The notes: a model not told the origin generated them from the letters alone. A stretch of 64,000 bases of DNA from Bacteroidales bacterium (GCA_017394445.1 JAFPYT010000071.1:25005-89004), one strand, 5' to 3'. Shown: positions 1-10,449, counted from the first letter of the stretch. Program-made: numbers and translations.

Positions 1-2903
1 GGTTTTCGGCAGTGGAGGGCGAGGTTTACAGTATGTCGAGCCTGTTTACGGCGGTGGTTTTCTGGTGCATACTCAAATGGGAGGAGTGCGCCGACGAAAA
101 ATACGCAAACCGCTGGATTATACTCATTTGCTACCTTATGGGATTGTCGATTGGCGTGCATTTGCTCAACCTCTTGGTGATTCCCGCAATTGTGTTTGTA
201 TATTATTACAAAAAATATCCCACCACACGCAGAGGCAACATAATCGCTATGGGAATAGCGTTTTTGCTGCTGGCTGCTATACTATACGGCATTATACCCC
301 AGTCGGTTAAGATTTCGGCTTATTTCGACCTCCTGTTTGTAAACACCTTTGGAATGGGCTATCTTTCGGGAACGGTATTCTTTGTAATAGCACTTTTGGC
401 AGGTCTTGCATGGCTGATTTGGTGGAGTCATAAGCGCAAAAAAGTGCTGCTCAACACCATAGCACTCGGAGCGGCTGTAATGTTTATAGGCTACGGCACA
501 TTTGCAATGACAGTAATACGCGCCTGCGCAAATACACCTATGAACGAGAACTGTCCCGACAACGGATTCAGCCTCCTCTCCTACCTCAACCGCGAGCAAT
601 ACGGCGACAGTCCGCTGCTCTACGGCAATTATTACAACGCCGATGTTATTGACCAAAAGCAACTTTACACCTATATTCCACAAGACGGTAAATATATCGA
701 GGTAACCAAAACCAATCCCGAATATATCTACGACTCAGAGCACTGCGGATTTTTCCCCCGTATGTGGAGCCAAAGCCAAAACCATATTTCGGGTTACAAG
801 AGCTGGGCAAACATCGATAGCAGCGACCCCGATAAGCGTCCGTCGTTTGCCGACAACATGGCTTTCTTCTTTAAATATCAGCTGGGGCACATGTATTTCC
901 GCTACTTTATGTGGAATTTTGCAGGACGGCAAAACGATATACAAAGCCACGGAAGCTACATCAACGGCAACTGGATAACGGGATTTGACTTTATCGACCG
1001 TGTTCGCCTTGGCAGTCAGGATGATTTGCCCGACCGTATGAAAAACAATCAGGCACGCAACGTTTATTATCTATTGCCGCTGCTGCTTGGATTTTTAGGA
1101 ATGTTTGTAGGATTTAACCACGACACCAAAAACTGTTTTGTAATATTCCTATTCTTTTTGCTAACAGGCGTTGCCATTGTGGTTTATCTAAACCAAACGC
1201 CCTATCAGCCACGCGAAAGGGATTACGCCTACGCAGGTTCGTTTTACGCGTTTGCAATCTGGTGCGGACTTGGCGTGGCAGGCATCTATGCATGGCTAAG
1301 GCGTCAAGCCAAAAATATCGAACCGATGGCAGCCGCAGCAGTGGTGTCGGCATTGTGTATGATTGTTCCTGTGCAGATGGCATATCAAAACTGGGACGAC
1401 CACGACCGCTCTAACCGTTACACCTGTCGCGATTTTGCACGCAACTATCTTGAATCGTGCGCTCCCAACGCCATATTGTTTACCTTTGGCGACAACGACA
1501 CATTCCCCCTCTGGTATGCTCAAGAAGTGGAGGGAATCCGTACTGATGTAAGGGTGGTTAACCTAAGTCTCGCAGGCACCGACTGGTATTTGAAACAGAC
1601 AATGGAAAAGAAATACGACAGCGAGCCTGTCAAGTTTTTCCTCACTGCCGACCAATACGCAGTAAACAAGCGCAATGTGGCACTCGTTTACGACAAAAAC
1701 GTGCTTGCTTACATCAACGAAAAAATCGCCGCCAACCCCAAAGAGGTTCAGGAAATTTACCAACCATTCTACAACGACTTTGTAAGAGTGATAAGCAACA
1801 GCCGTTTTCCCGAACTATATGCCAAGGATTACGAAACCATCACCAAGAATCCTCAATCAGTAGGCTTGCTTAGATTGGTTTCGCTTGTTCAAAACCTTGC
1901 CAAAGGCACCACCATGCAGCAAGTGTTTGGTAACAACACCGAAGGCATAACGGCACTCAACGCACAGTGCGGCGAAATACTCCAAAAAGTATCGGCACTC
2001 GCACCCACAATTCAAGATGTGGTAAAACTCTTAGGCTCCGAAAAAGCCGAAGACAAAATAGAGCTGCAGAGCGGCGAAGCAATCAACTACATAGGTACGC
2101 GCAAGGTGCTGATACCAGTCAACAAGCAAAACTGCATTGCCAACGGCACTCTCCTACCCCAAGACGAAAACCGCGCTGGCGACAACATTGTGATGAATAT
2201 CTCTAAGAGTTATTTCCTCAAAAACGACATCGCTGTTTTAGACATCATTGCCGCCAACAATTGGGAACGCCCGATATATTTTGCAGCAAGCGGAGGCACC
2301 GACGACTATCTCGGTCTCGACAAATATTTCCGTCTTGAAGGATTTGCCTACCGCCTTGTGCCTTATTCAGTAACACCCGAAACCAACGGCGAAACCGGCG
2401 AGATAAATCCCGACCTGATGTACAACAATGTGATGAACAAGTTTGCTTGGGGCGGAATGGGCAATCCCGAAGTAAACATCGAAGAAAACAACCGCCGCCA
2501 AATAAGCATTGTTGGCGTAAGAGAGATGTTTGCACGCCTTGCCAACTCGCTTGTAGACAACCACGAAACCGACAAGGCCAAGGAGGTAATCAACAAATGT
2601 TTAGAGATAACTCCGCCCAACCAAGTATATTACGACCAAAGTATGCTTCCGCTTATAGAAGCAATGTACAAGGCTGATATGGCAGACAAAGCAGCCGAAC
2701 TTTCGAATCAGATAGGCGACGAATACGACGGCATACTCGCTCACCTGCTCACACTCAAAAACGAAGGAATAATTGAAAACCGCGAACAAACCATAGGCAT
2801 AGCCGTGATAGCGCAATTGGCACAGTATGCGATGATATTCAACCGCAACGACGTGGCAACAAAACTCTCAGGACTATACGACAAGTATTCGGAAGTATTT
2901 TAA
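1..2903 (+). CDS. DUF2723-type polytopic membrane protein (GT117-like glycosyltransferase family), 5' end cut by the window edge
   Basis: The frame is open from nt 3, and the track 'M' at nt 12 is GTG, so the ORF probably continues upstream. The N-terminal half has many hydrophobic helices and the C-terminal ~450 aa are soluble, the usual layout of Bacteroidota DUF2723 proteins. A hairpin plus T-run follows the stop. Confidence 0.7.
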   Translation, partial: FSAVEGEVYSMSSLFTAVVFWCILKWEECADEKYANRWIILICYLMGLSIGVHLLNLLVIPAIVFVYYYKKYPTTRRGNIIAMGIAFLLLAAILYGIIPQSVKISAYFDLLFVNTFGMGYLSGTVFFVIALLAGLAWLIWWSHKRKKVLLNTIALGAAVMFIGYGTFAMTVIRACANTPMNENCPDNGFSLLSYLNREQYGDSPLLYGNYYNADVIDQKQLYTYIPQDGKYIEVTKTNPEYIYDSEHCGFFPRMWSQSQNHISGYKSWANIDSSDPDKRPSFADNMAFFFKYQLGHMYFRYFMWNFAGRQNDIQSHGSYINGNWITGFDFIDRVRLGSQDDLPDRMKNNQARNVYYLLPLLLGFLGMFVGFNHDTKNCFVIFLFFLLTGVAIVVYLNQTPYQPRERDYAYAGSFYAFAIWCGLGVAGIYAWLRRQAKNIEPMAAAAVVSALCMIVPVQMAYQNWDDHDRSNRYTCRDFARNYLESCAPNAILFTFGDNDTFPLWYAQEVEGIRTDVRVVNLSLAGTDWYLKQTMEKKYDSEPVKFFLTADQYAVNKRNVALVYDKNVLAYINEKIAANPKEVQEIYQPFYNDFVRVISNSRFPELYAKDYETITKNPQSVGLLRLVSLVQNLAKGTTMQQVFGNNTEGITALNAQCGEILQKVSALAPTIQDVVKLLGSEKAEDKIELQSGEAINYIGTRKVLIPVNKQNCIANGTLLPQDENRAGDNIVMNISKSYFLKNDIAVLDIIAANNWERPIYFAASGGTDDYLGLDKYFRLEGFAYRLVPYSVTPETNGETGEINPDLMYNNVMNKFAWGGMGNPEVNIEENNRRQISIVGVREMFARLANSLVDNHETDKAKEVINKCLEITPPNQVYYDQSMLPLIEAMYKADMADKAAELSNQIGDEYDGILAHLLTLKNEGIIENREQTIGIAVIAQLAQYAMIFNRNDVATKLSGLYDKYSEVF

Positions 2904-2957
2904 CACGTTCATTCCAATTCTTTTAGTTTTCATAATTTTTAATGTTTTTTTACACTA

Positions 2958-2990
2958 AGGGGCTGATGCGAATCAGCCCCTGTTTTTTTT
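2958..2990 (+). terminator. Rho-independent terminator
   Basis: AGGGGCTGAT-GCGA-ATCAGCCCCT is a perfect 10-bp stem, followed by a 9-T run. It lies 55 nt after the stop at 2903. Confidence 0.65.
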
Positions 2991-2995
2991 TATTA

Positions 2996-3415
2996 TTATT
3001 CGTTTTCAATAAGTTGTAACCCTTGATTACGGTAAAACTTAAATTTCACATCATCAGAGATTAGTGGAATGTGGTTGCAGATGGCATGAGAGATAATAAG
3101 GTGGTCGCTTGGGTCGAAATGATTCTCAGCCACATTAATTTGTAAACGTGCGTATGTATCGTAATGTTCTTTTTTTAAATAGAGGATGGTGATATTACAA
3201 TCATCTACAATAGAAGTTAAAATATCAGTAGGTTTTTTCCACCATCGTCGAATGTGCTGTTTATGATTCCAAAGGGCAATAAGTTCCCTCACAGATTCAC
3301 CGCTAATGCAGATCTCATTTTCATAATCCTGCAACATTGCGTACACATCACGAGAAAGATTACTTTGAACTTTGGAATACCATATAAAAATATGGGTATC
3401 AATCAGTATTCTCAT
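2996..3415 (-). CDS. PIN-domain toxin (VapC-like type II TA toxin)
   Basis: The N-terminus reads MRILIDTHIFIW. Acidic residues sit at typical PIN spacing (D6, ISGESVRE, DPSDHLI, ISDDVKF). Size is 139 aa. Confidence 0.8.
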   Translation of the reverse strand: MRILIDTHIFIWYSKVQSNLSRDVYAMLQDYENEICISGESVRELIALWNHKQHIRRWWKKPTDILTSIVDDCNITILYLKKEHYDTYARLQINVAENHFDPSDHLIISHAICNHIPLISDDVKFKFYRNQGLQLIENE

Positions 3416-3569
3416 ATTTTGCTATTACTGATGGTTTAAAGTTTGTAATCAATTTCAAACATTCAAAAAGTTCTCTTTCTTCTTCTTTGGTAAGGGGTTT
3501 TTCGCCTCTGAGTTTTTGATAATACTCCAACTGCTCTGTCCTGTTTTTAAATTTTCTCTTTTGTTCCAT
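3399..3569 (-). CDS. Putative antitoxin (56 aa) partnered with the PIN toxin; absent from the ORF track because it is under 60 aa
   Basis: Hand translation of the minus strand from ATG at 3569 gives MEQKRKFKNRTEQLEYYQKLRGEKPLTKEEERELFECLKLITNFKPSVIAKYENTD, ending at TGA 3401-3399. It overlaps the PIN start (3415) by 17 nt, the typical antitoxin-then-toxin arrangement. Confidence 0.55.
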   Translation of the reverse strand: MEQKRKFKNRTEQLEYYQKLRGEKPLTKEEERELFECLKLITNFKPSVIAKYENTD

Positions 3570-3678
3570 AGTGAATACACTTTATATAATTACACTGCAA
3601 ATATATAACATTAAACGCACAAAATCAAAATTTTGTTAATTATTTCAAATAATGTGCATAAGATACAAAAATGTAATG

Positions 3679-3686
3679 TATCTTTG
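3679..3686 (+). promoter_or_regulatory. Bacteroidota -7 promoter box (TATCTTTG)
   Basis: Matches TAnnTTTG and lies 36 nt upstream of ATG 3722. Confidence 0.45.
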
Positions 3687-3721
3687 CAGCGCAAAAAAGG
3701 GCAAGGAAAAAACAAACTAAA

Positions 3722-6187
3722 ATGATGAACAACTTCGTTAAAATTAGCCTATTAACCACCTTGTTGATGGTATCGGCGCAAATATCGGCACAAACAAAAG
3801 TGCGTGGAAGCGTTACAGATGCCGAAACAGGCGAGCCTCTGCCCTTTGCCAACGTGGTATTCCCTGGTACCACTATCGGCACTATTACCGACCCCGACGG
3901 CAATTTCTTTTTGCAAACACATGCCGATGTGGATTCCATATCATTCTCGATGCTCGGTTACGACACCTACACTTTGGCAATTGCCCGCAATTCGTATCAA
4001 GAAGTTAACGTTACCCTTACCCAAGGCGGTGTAACGCTCAACGAAATCATTGTCCGTCCTGGCGAAAACCCCGCATGGCGCATTATGCGAAACGTGGAGG
4101 CAAACCGCAAGAAAAACGACCCATCGCGTTTCGACGGATACAAATACCAATGCTACAACAAGATGGAAATCGACCTGAGCAACGTTAACAGCGGACTCAC
4201 CCGTAAGGGAATAATGAAAAACTTCGACTTTGTGATGAACTATGCCGACACCTCTGCCGAAACAGGTAAAGTATTTCTTCCAGTGTTTATAACAGAAACA
4301 TTGTCAGATGTTTACTTTAAGTCATCTCCACAAAAGAAAAAAGAGGTTATAACGGCAAGCAGAGTGTCGGGCGTAGAGAGTGCGCAAGTGTCGCAATACA
4401 CAGGTCAGATGTTTATCGACGTAAATATCTACAAAAATTACATTCCAGCATTTGGACACGACTTTGTGTCGCCAATATCCGACTATTGGAAAGCCAATTA
4501 CAAATACTATCTGCTTGATTCGGTTTACGAAGACGGACATTACCTCTACCACCTTGCATTCAAGCCCAAACGAAAACAAGAGTACACATTTCACGGCGAC
4601 CTTTGGATCAACGACACCACTTGGGCTGTAAAAAAAGTAACCGCCAAAATGAGCAACGATGTCAACGTCAACTACGTCAACAACATGTCCATTTCGCAAG
4701 AATACACATTCACCGATTCGGTGTGGTTTTTGAAAAAAGAAGAACTGTTTGTAGACTTTAACCTAACCGACAGCACCACAGGATTGTTTGGACGCCGCAC
4801 AATGTCGCGCAAGGATATTGAAATCAACCCCGAATTTGACCAAAGCACATTTTCGGCATCGTCTACCGACGAAACCATTGTGCTCGACGATGCCCTCAAC
4901 CGCGACACTTCGTTTTGGAATATAAGCCGTCACGAACAACTCTCAAAAAAAGAACAAGACATCTACGTAATGGTAGACTCTATCAAAGAAGTGCCTATAT
5001 TCCACACCATTACCAACACCATAAATATGTTTATAACAGGCTATTGGAATTGGAAATGGTTTGAGATAGGTCCTTACTTTAAATTTTACAGCCACAACCC
5101 TATTGAAGGACATCGGTTTAGGTTTGGCGGACGCACAAGCAACGAGTTAACCACCGATATCAAGTTTAACGCGCACGTGGCTTACGGCACCGACGATAAA
5201 AAATTTAAATACGGCGCAGGGTTTATCTATATGGTAAACAAAGCCCCGCGACGAACAATAGAACTGCAATACAAATACGACTACGAGCAACTTGGGCAGT
5301 CGATAAACGCATTTAGCGAAGACAACATCCTCACCAACCTCCTCGCCCGCAAAAAAAACGACAACCTGCTGCTTGTTAAAGAACTTTATTATAATTACGA
5401 AAACGAATATTTTCAAGGATTCTCTAACACTGTGGGTGTAAAATACCGCAAACTTTACCCCTCGAAGATAATCCCCTTTACCAACGAATCGATACAGGTA
5501 GATTACAGCAACATAACAAGTTACGAACTCACTCTCAACACCCACTTCTGTTACAACGAAAAATTTGTGGCAGGGCAGTTTTTCCGCGTTAGCATGTCGA
5601 GCGACTATCCTATGCTTGATATTAACGCCACTGTGGGCTTGTGGAACAACCGAGGCAACTACGACCGCTACTACCGTTTTACAGCATCGCTGCAACAGCA
5701 AGTGTCGATAAGTCCGATTGGCAAGTTGAAATACCTCATAGAAGCAGGCAAAGTGATTGGCACAGTGCCGTTTCCGCTGCTGAAACTCCACGAAGGCAAC
5801 GAAACCTACGCATTCGACACCTACGCCTTTAATATGATGAACCTCTACGAATTTGCCTCTGACACATACCTCAGCGCAACGGTAGAGCACCATTTCAACG
5901 GATTTTTTCTCAACCGCATACCGCTAATGCGCAAACTCAAATGGCGCGAAGTGGCATACGCCAAAGGACTTGTGGGCGATATTTCGGTAAAAAACAGCCG
6001 CGAACACGCAATACTTGATTTTCCATCGTCGCTTGGAGATGTCAACAAACCCTACGCCGAAGCCGGTGTGGGCGTGGAAAACGTATTCAAGTTTTTCCGT
6101 GTAGATGCCATTTGGCGTCTTACACACCGCGATGCTCCCGACATCACCAAATTTGCCGTAATGCTAAAAATGCAAGTAATATTATAA
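3722..6187 (+). CDS. DUF5686-family protein with an N-terminal CarboxypepD_reg-like domain (outer-membrane-associated)
   Basis: A signal peptide (MMNNFVKISLLTTLLMVSAQISAQ) is followed by KVRGSVTDAETGEPLPFANVVFPGTTIGTITDPDGNFFL, a carboxypeptidase-regulatory-like fold. The long, aromatic-rich C-terminal region is typical of DUF5686. Confidence 0.7.
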   Translation: MMNNFVKISLLTTLLMVSAQISAQTKVRGSVTDAETGEPLPFANVVFPGTTIGTITDPDGNFFLQTHADVDSISFSMLGYDTYTLAIARNSYQEVNVTLTQGGVTLNEIIVRPGENPAWRIMRNVEANRKKNDPSRFDGYKYQCYNKMEIDLSNVNSGLTRKGIMKNFDFVMNYADTSAETGKVFLPVFITETLSDVYFKSSPQKKKEVITASRVSGVESAQVSQYTGQMFIDVNIYKNYIPAFGHDFVSPISDYWKANYKYYLLDSVYEDGHYLYHLAFKPKRKQEYTFHGDLWINDTTWAVKKVTAKMSNDVNVNYVNNMSISQEYTFTDSVWFLKKEELFVDFNLTDSTTGLFGRRTMSRKDIEINPEFDQSTFSASSTDETIVLDDALNRDTSFWNISRHEQLSKKEQDIYVMVDSIKEVPIFHTITNTINMFITGYWNWKWFEIGPYFKFYSHNPIEGHRFRFGGRTSNELTTDIKFNAHVAYGTDDKKFKYGAGFIYMVNKAPRRTIELQYKYDYEQLGQSINAFSEDNILTNLLARKKNDNLLLVKELYYNYENEYFQGFSNTVGVKYRKLYPSKIIPFTNESIQVDYSNITSYELTLNTHFCYNEKFVAGQFFRVSMSSDYPMLDINATVGLWNNRGNYDRYYRFTASLQQQVSISPIGKLKYLIEAGKVIGTVPFPLLKLHEGNETYAFDTYAFNMMNLYEFASDTYLSATVEHHFNGFFLNRIPLMRKLKWREVAYAKGLVGDISVKNSREHAILDFPSSLGDVNKPYAEAGVGVENVFKFFRVDAIWRLTHRDAPDITKFAVMLKMQVIL

Positions 6188-6206
6188 CGTAAAGCATACT
6201 ATCCAC

Positions 6207-6303
6207 AACTCCCCAAAACTCGACAAAAAACCGAGATTTGGGGAGTTATCGTTCATACATAACTCCCCAAAACTCGACAAAAAACCGAGATTTGGGGAGT
6301 TAT
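6207..6303 (+). repeat. Tandem duplicated ~43-nt hairpin element (period 54 nt); the second copy is a terminator
   Basis: AACTCCCCAAAACTCGACAAAAAACCGAGATTTGGGGAGTTAT occurs at 6207-6249 and again at 6261-6303. The arms AACTCCCCAAA/TTTGGGGAGTT pair, with an inner CTCG/CGAG pairing. Copy 2 is followed by TTTTTT. Confidence 0.8.
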
Positions 6304-6397
6304 TTTTTAATGTTAGCATTATAAATCAGATATTTAAATAAAATGAACTTTTTGAAAAATAGAGAAAAAAATATTTTTTAATATAATATAAAAAACC

Positions 6398-6405
6398 TAT
6401 ATTTG
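6398..6405 (+). promoter_or_regulatory. Bacteroidota -7 promoter box (TATATTTG)
   Basis: Lies 22 nt upstream of ATG 6427. It overlaps the track's TTG start at 6403, which argues for ATG 6427 as the real start. The same TATATTTGC box precedes the paralog at 61421. Confidence 0.45.
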
Positions 6406-6426
6406 CAAAAACTAAACACAACAAAC

Positions 6427-7829
6427 ATGGGCATAGTATTAGGAAGAGATTACGAGGTAAAAGCTTTGCAAAAATGTATGAAATCAGACCGCTCGGAATT
6501 AGTATTGGTTTGTGGACGACGCAGAGTGGGCAAAACATACCTCATAGAACAGTATTTTGGCAAAAAATACGCATTTAGTTTTGTAGGTGGACATAATGCG
6601 CCGCCCGAAATACAGCTGCGCAATTTTAAAAAAGCCCTTATACAATACGGCAAATTTACAGTTGCACCCGAAATTAACAATTGGTACGATGCTTTTGATG
6701 CCTTAGAACTAATATTAACCAAAGGACGTAACCGCAAAAAAGTGGTATTTATCGACGAAATGCCTTGGATCGACAATCCTAAATCGCAGTTTGTTGCCGC
6801 ATTAGAAAACTTTTGGAACGGTTTTGCCGCCCGTCGCAACGATATTGTTTTTATTGCCTCCGGCTCTGCCACATCGTGGATGAACGACAAGATAATCAAC
6901 AATCAAGGAGGTCTGCACAACCGCGTTACGCTGCAACTTTATCTAAAACCATTTACCCTAAAAGAAACCGAAGAATATCTTTTGAGCAGAAATTTCGCCG
7001 ACGACCGTTACCAAATGGTTCAAACATATATGGTTACAGGTGGTGTACCATATTATCTAAGCCTATTGGATAGCGGAATGAGCATAGCACAAAATATTGA
7101 TGCCTTGTTTTTTAATCAAAAAGGCGCATTAAGAAACGAGTTTACCGAATTATATCCTGCATTATTCAAAAATTCAGACAATTACGTTTCGATAGTAAGA
7201 GCATTAAACCAAACAAAATCGGGACTTACCCGCTCGCAAATTTCGCAAGCCACAGGCATAGAAGGTGGTACGCTTACCAAAATACTCCGAAACCTCGAAC
7301 TATGCGACTTTATAAAGAGTTTCGCTCATTTTGGACGAAGCACCAAAGACTGCGTTTACCGTTTAACCGACTTTTACTCATTATTTTACTTCCGTTTTTT
7401 AGAAAGCGACACATCTATGGACGAAAACTTTTGGACACACAACCTAAACCATCCATCCATAAATGCGTGGCAAGGAATAACCTTTGAAACCGTTTGTATG
7501 ACGCACATCAAACAAATAAAAGAGGCGTTAAAATATCCGGAATATCCACAGAAGTAAGCACTTGGCGCAACGAAAACGCACAGATAGACCTTGTAATAAA
7601 ACGCGCCGACCGTATGATAAACCTCTGCGAAATAAAATTTTGTACATCGCTCTACACCATTACAGCCGATTATGCCGCACATTTGCGACAACGTCAAACC
7701 GACTTTGTGAATGCAACAGGCACTCGTTATGGGATATGTAACACATTTATAACATTATACGGAGTAGACAAAGGCAAAAACACAAGCGTAATGCAGTCGG
7801 AAATTACAGCCGCAGATTTGTTTTTATAA
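6427..7829 (+). pseudogene. ATPase_2/DUF234-type AAA ATPase, frameshifted (paralog of 61421-62869)
   Basis: ORFs 6403-7557 and 7494-7829 together align end to end with the intact 482-aa paralog: Walker A is GRRRVGKTYL in both, and the C-termini are IDLVIKRADRMINLCEIKF vs VDLVIDRADGVINLCEIKY. The frame changes at the A-run 7530-7533 (...GCG TTA AAA | ATA TCC GGA would need 5 A's but only 4 are present). Confidence 0.6.
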
Positions 7830-7926
7830 CGGTAGAAATAATTTTCTAAAATTTTTCCGCAAAATAATGCACCGTATTTAAAAAAATAGTTGTAACTTTA
7901 AACACTATTTTTAAGCACTAATTACG

Positions 7927-10416
7927 ATGGCAACAAAAAAAGTAATCAACACCGCCGACTTGCGCGAATACCGCCCACTAATATGGTACGGAGAACCCGT
8001 GCACGCAAGGTTTTCACAATTGGAAACCATCTTAAAAAACGGTCTCGGAGGGTTTTACCCAGAGTTTTTGGCTGAGCCACTTATCACTTCGGGACAAGCT
8101 CGATGGATGAGCGCGGCTGTGCCCAACGGCGTACCTTTTTCGCAGTTGCCTCCCGACAAACAAGAACAGGCAAGGGTTAACCTGCAAGTAATGCTCAACA
8201 AAATCAAGGCGTTTGCGCAGGAACTGTCCGAAGCCGGCGACCCCCACCAAAAAGAACTCGGCGAACTGCTGCTTCTTGCCATCGAAGTGCCGTCGCTCGA
8301 TTCGGTAATTGTTGATGGCGAACGTATTGTGCTCACTATCTGGGGATTCAGCAGCGAAGAATCGCAGAAGGTAAACTTTAAACTCGATGCAAAAATCGAA
8401 AAACCTGTTGCCGCCGCTGCCGCCTCCATACCTACTATATCGCAACCTGCTCCGCCCGAACCTCCGAGCGCAACAGTTACACAGAGTTCAACTCCTACCC
8501 CACCACCTTCACCGCAGAATCCTCCTGAGCCTCCGCAACATACAATGCAGACTCAGAATTCTGGTGCAACGCCGCCTCCCCCGCCGCCAACTCCTCCTAC
8601 CAATAATGACGGCAAGAAAAAAGGCCTGCCAGGATGGCTATGGTTTTTGTTTGGACTGCTGCTCGCATTGCTGTTGGTATGGCTCTATTTCCATTTTTTT
8701 GGCAAGCCCGACCCTAAGGACAACACCACCGACAACAACAATCCCGGTCAAAACGACCCACACACACCCGGCGACTATACCAATATTCTGCCCGAAAACC
8801 CTAACGTGATACCACCTATCGACACCACGCGCATTATCGTTGACCCCGACGACCCCGGTCAGCGCCGTGTGTTTTCTGATAAGGTAAACATCGCCCTCAA
8901 CAAAGGCGTTAACGCAATGGCGTTTGCCCAAAAACTTTACGATCAATATGCTGAGCAACTAAAAATCGTATACTGCGACACCGTTATAAAACTAATGCAG
9001 GTAGAAACTCCCGAAGGCGAGTGGAAAGATTGGATGACCAAGCTCAAAGCAATGGACGAGGTAAAACTGGCATTCTCTAACACAATGTTTTCGAGCGAAT
9101 ACAAAGCATCCGACCCAGCATTCAGCGATGCAAAAAAGTCGTGGTATTTTGAAACCGTTCAGGCATACAAGGCTTGGGACATTACCCGAGGCAGTGCCGA
9201 CGTGATAGTGGCTGTGGTAGACAACGGATTCGACCTCAACCATCCCGAAATCAAAGACAAAATAGTATCGCCCTACGACATCACCACAGGCGAAAGCCGC
9301 GTTACACCCTGCGGAGGCGAGGGCAACGAACACGGCACTCACGTGGCAGGCACGGCTGTGGGCAGCGGCAACAATGGTCAGGGGCTCTGCGGAATTGCTC
9401 CCGAATGCAAACTTATGCCCATCAAGATAGCCGACGAATACGGCAATATGCAAACGATTTCGGTGGTGGCAGGCATACTCTACGCTATTCACCATAATGC
9501 CAAAGTGGTGAACCTTTCACTCGGAACATATTTTGGCGAAGACATTCTTTCGATGCCGCTTAGTGAGCAAAACCAATTAGCACACAACGAATATCCCGAC
9601 GAGGCACAGTTTTGGAACGACCTTTTTCAGTTTGGACTCGACGAAGACATAGTGCTTGTGATAGCGGCAGGCAATCAAAACATTATCACGGGCATCGACC
9701 CCTTTGCACGTTCGCCCAAAACCCTCACCGTTTCGGCATATCAAAAAGGCGGAAAACCCAAGGCAGAATTTAGCAACCACGGCGAATTTGCCACCATTTC
9801 GGCACCGGGCGTGGATATTTACAGCAGCGTTCCGGGAGCAAAGTTTGAATATTTAGACGGCACAAGTATGGCGAGCCCCATAGTGGCAGGCGCGGCAGCA
9901 TTGATGCGTTCGGCACATCCGCACATCAAAGCCGAAGACATTGTTGCCATTCTTAAAAAAACCGCAAAACCTCTCAACAGCAATCCTCAAATAGGTCCGC
10001 TGTTGCAAATCGAAGACGCATTGAAAAGTCCCGGAGGCGTGCTCAACATTCCCGACAACGCCACCAACGCCGATTTTGCGCAAGGCAAGTGGAAATCTAC
10101 CACCGACCTTTACAGCACCAAAGATTCTGTGGACATAATGTTGTTCTTTACCTTAGAAAACGGCGGCAAAGGCACAATAACCTATTCGCAATCAGACGGA
10201 AAGGATTTTCGTGCACCGCTTACCGTATCGTTTGAAAACGGCAAATTGGTAATGAACCAAACATCAGAAGCCACCAACGACGACTATCCCGACGATGGAT
10301 ACCACCCATACAAATTCACCTGCAAGCAAGACGGCAACAAAACCGACGGAGCCAACTGCCAAGCCGAATTTGAAGGCGAACCATCAGTAGGATTTAAAAT
10401 GATTAAAATACTATAA
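7927..10416 (+). CDS. Membrane-anchored S8 (subtilisin-family) serine peptidase with a novel N-terminal module (cluster gene 1)
   Basis: Catalytic motifs are VAVVDNGFD (Asp), HGTHVAGT (His), AAGNQN (oxyanion Asn) and GTSMASPIVAG (Ser). An I9-like propeptide segment lies upstream. The ~150-aa N-module has no signal peptide and is followed by a Pro-rich linker, KKKG, and the TM helix LPGWLWFLFGLLLALLLVWLYFHFF. An extra ~150-aa C-terminal domain follows the protease. Confidence 0.85.
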   Translation: MATKKVINTADLREYRPLIWYGEPVHARFSQLETILKNGLGGFYPEFLAEPLITSGQARWMSAAVPNGVPFSQLPPDKQEQARVNLQVMLNKIKAFAQELSEAGDPHQKELGELLLLAIEVPSLDSVIVDGERIVLTIWGFSSEESQKVNFKLDAKIEKPVAAAAASIPTISQPAPPEPPSATVTQSSTPTPPPSPQNPPEPPQHTMQTQNSGATPPPPPPTPPTNNDGKKKGLPGWLWFLFGLLLALLLVWLYFHFFGKPDPKDNTTDNNNPGQNDPHTPGDYTNILPENPNVIPPIDTTRIIVDPDDPGQRRVFSDKVNIALNKGVNAMAFAQKLYDQYAEQLKIVYCDTVIKLMQVETPEGEWKDWMTKLKAMDEVKLAFSNTMFSSEYKASDPAFSDAKKSWYFETVQAYKAWDITRGSADVIVAVVDNGFDLNHPEIKDKIVSPYDITTGESRVTPCGGEGNEHGTHVAGTAVGSGNNGQGLCGIAPECKLMPIKIADEYGNMQTISVVAGILYAIHHNAKVVNLSLGTYFGEDILSMPLSEQNQLAHNEYPDEAQFWNDLFQFGLDEDIVLVIAAGNQNIITGIDPFARSPKTLTVSAYQKGGKPKAEFSNHGEFATISAPGVDIYSSVPGAKFEYLDGTSMASPIVAGAAALMRSAHPHIKAEDIVAILKKTAKPLNSNPQIGPLLQIEDALKSPGGVLNIPDNATNADFAQGKWKSTTDLYSTKDSVDIMLFFTLENGGKGTITYSQSDGKDFRAPLTVSFENGKLVMNQTSEATNDDYPDDGYHPYKFTCKQDGNKTDGANCQAEFEGEPSVGFKMIKIL

Positions 10417-10449
10417 AACACAAACATACAAGAAAAACAACTATACGCA

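Noticed and set aside
8032-8445. Overlapping minus-strand ORFs (137 and 124 aa) opposite the shared N-module of cluster gene 1.
   Set aside because: The plus-strand frame is supported by homology to two paralogous N-modules. The antisense translations have no features.
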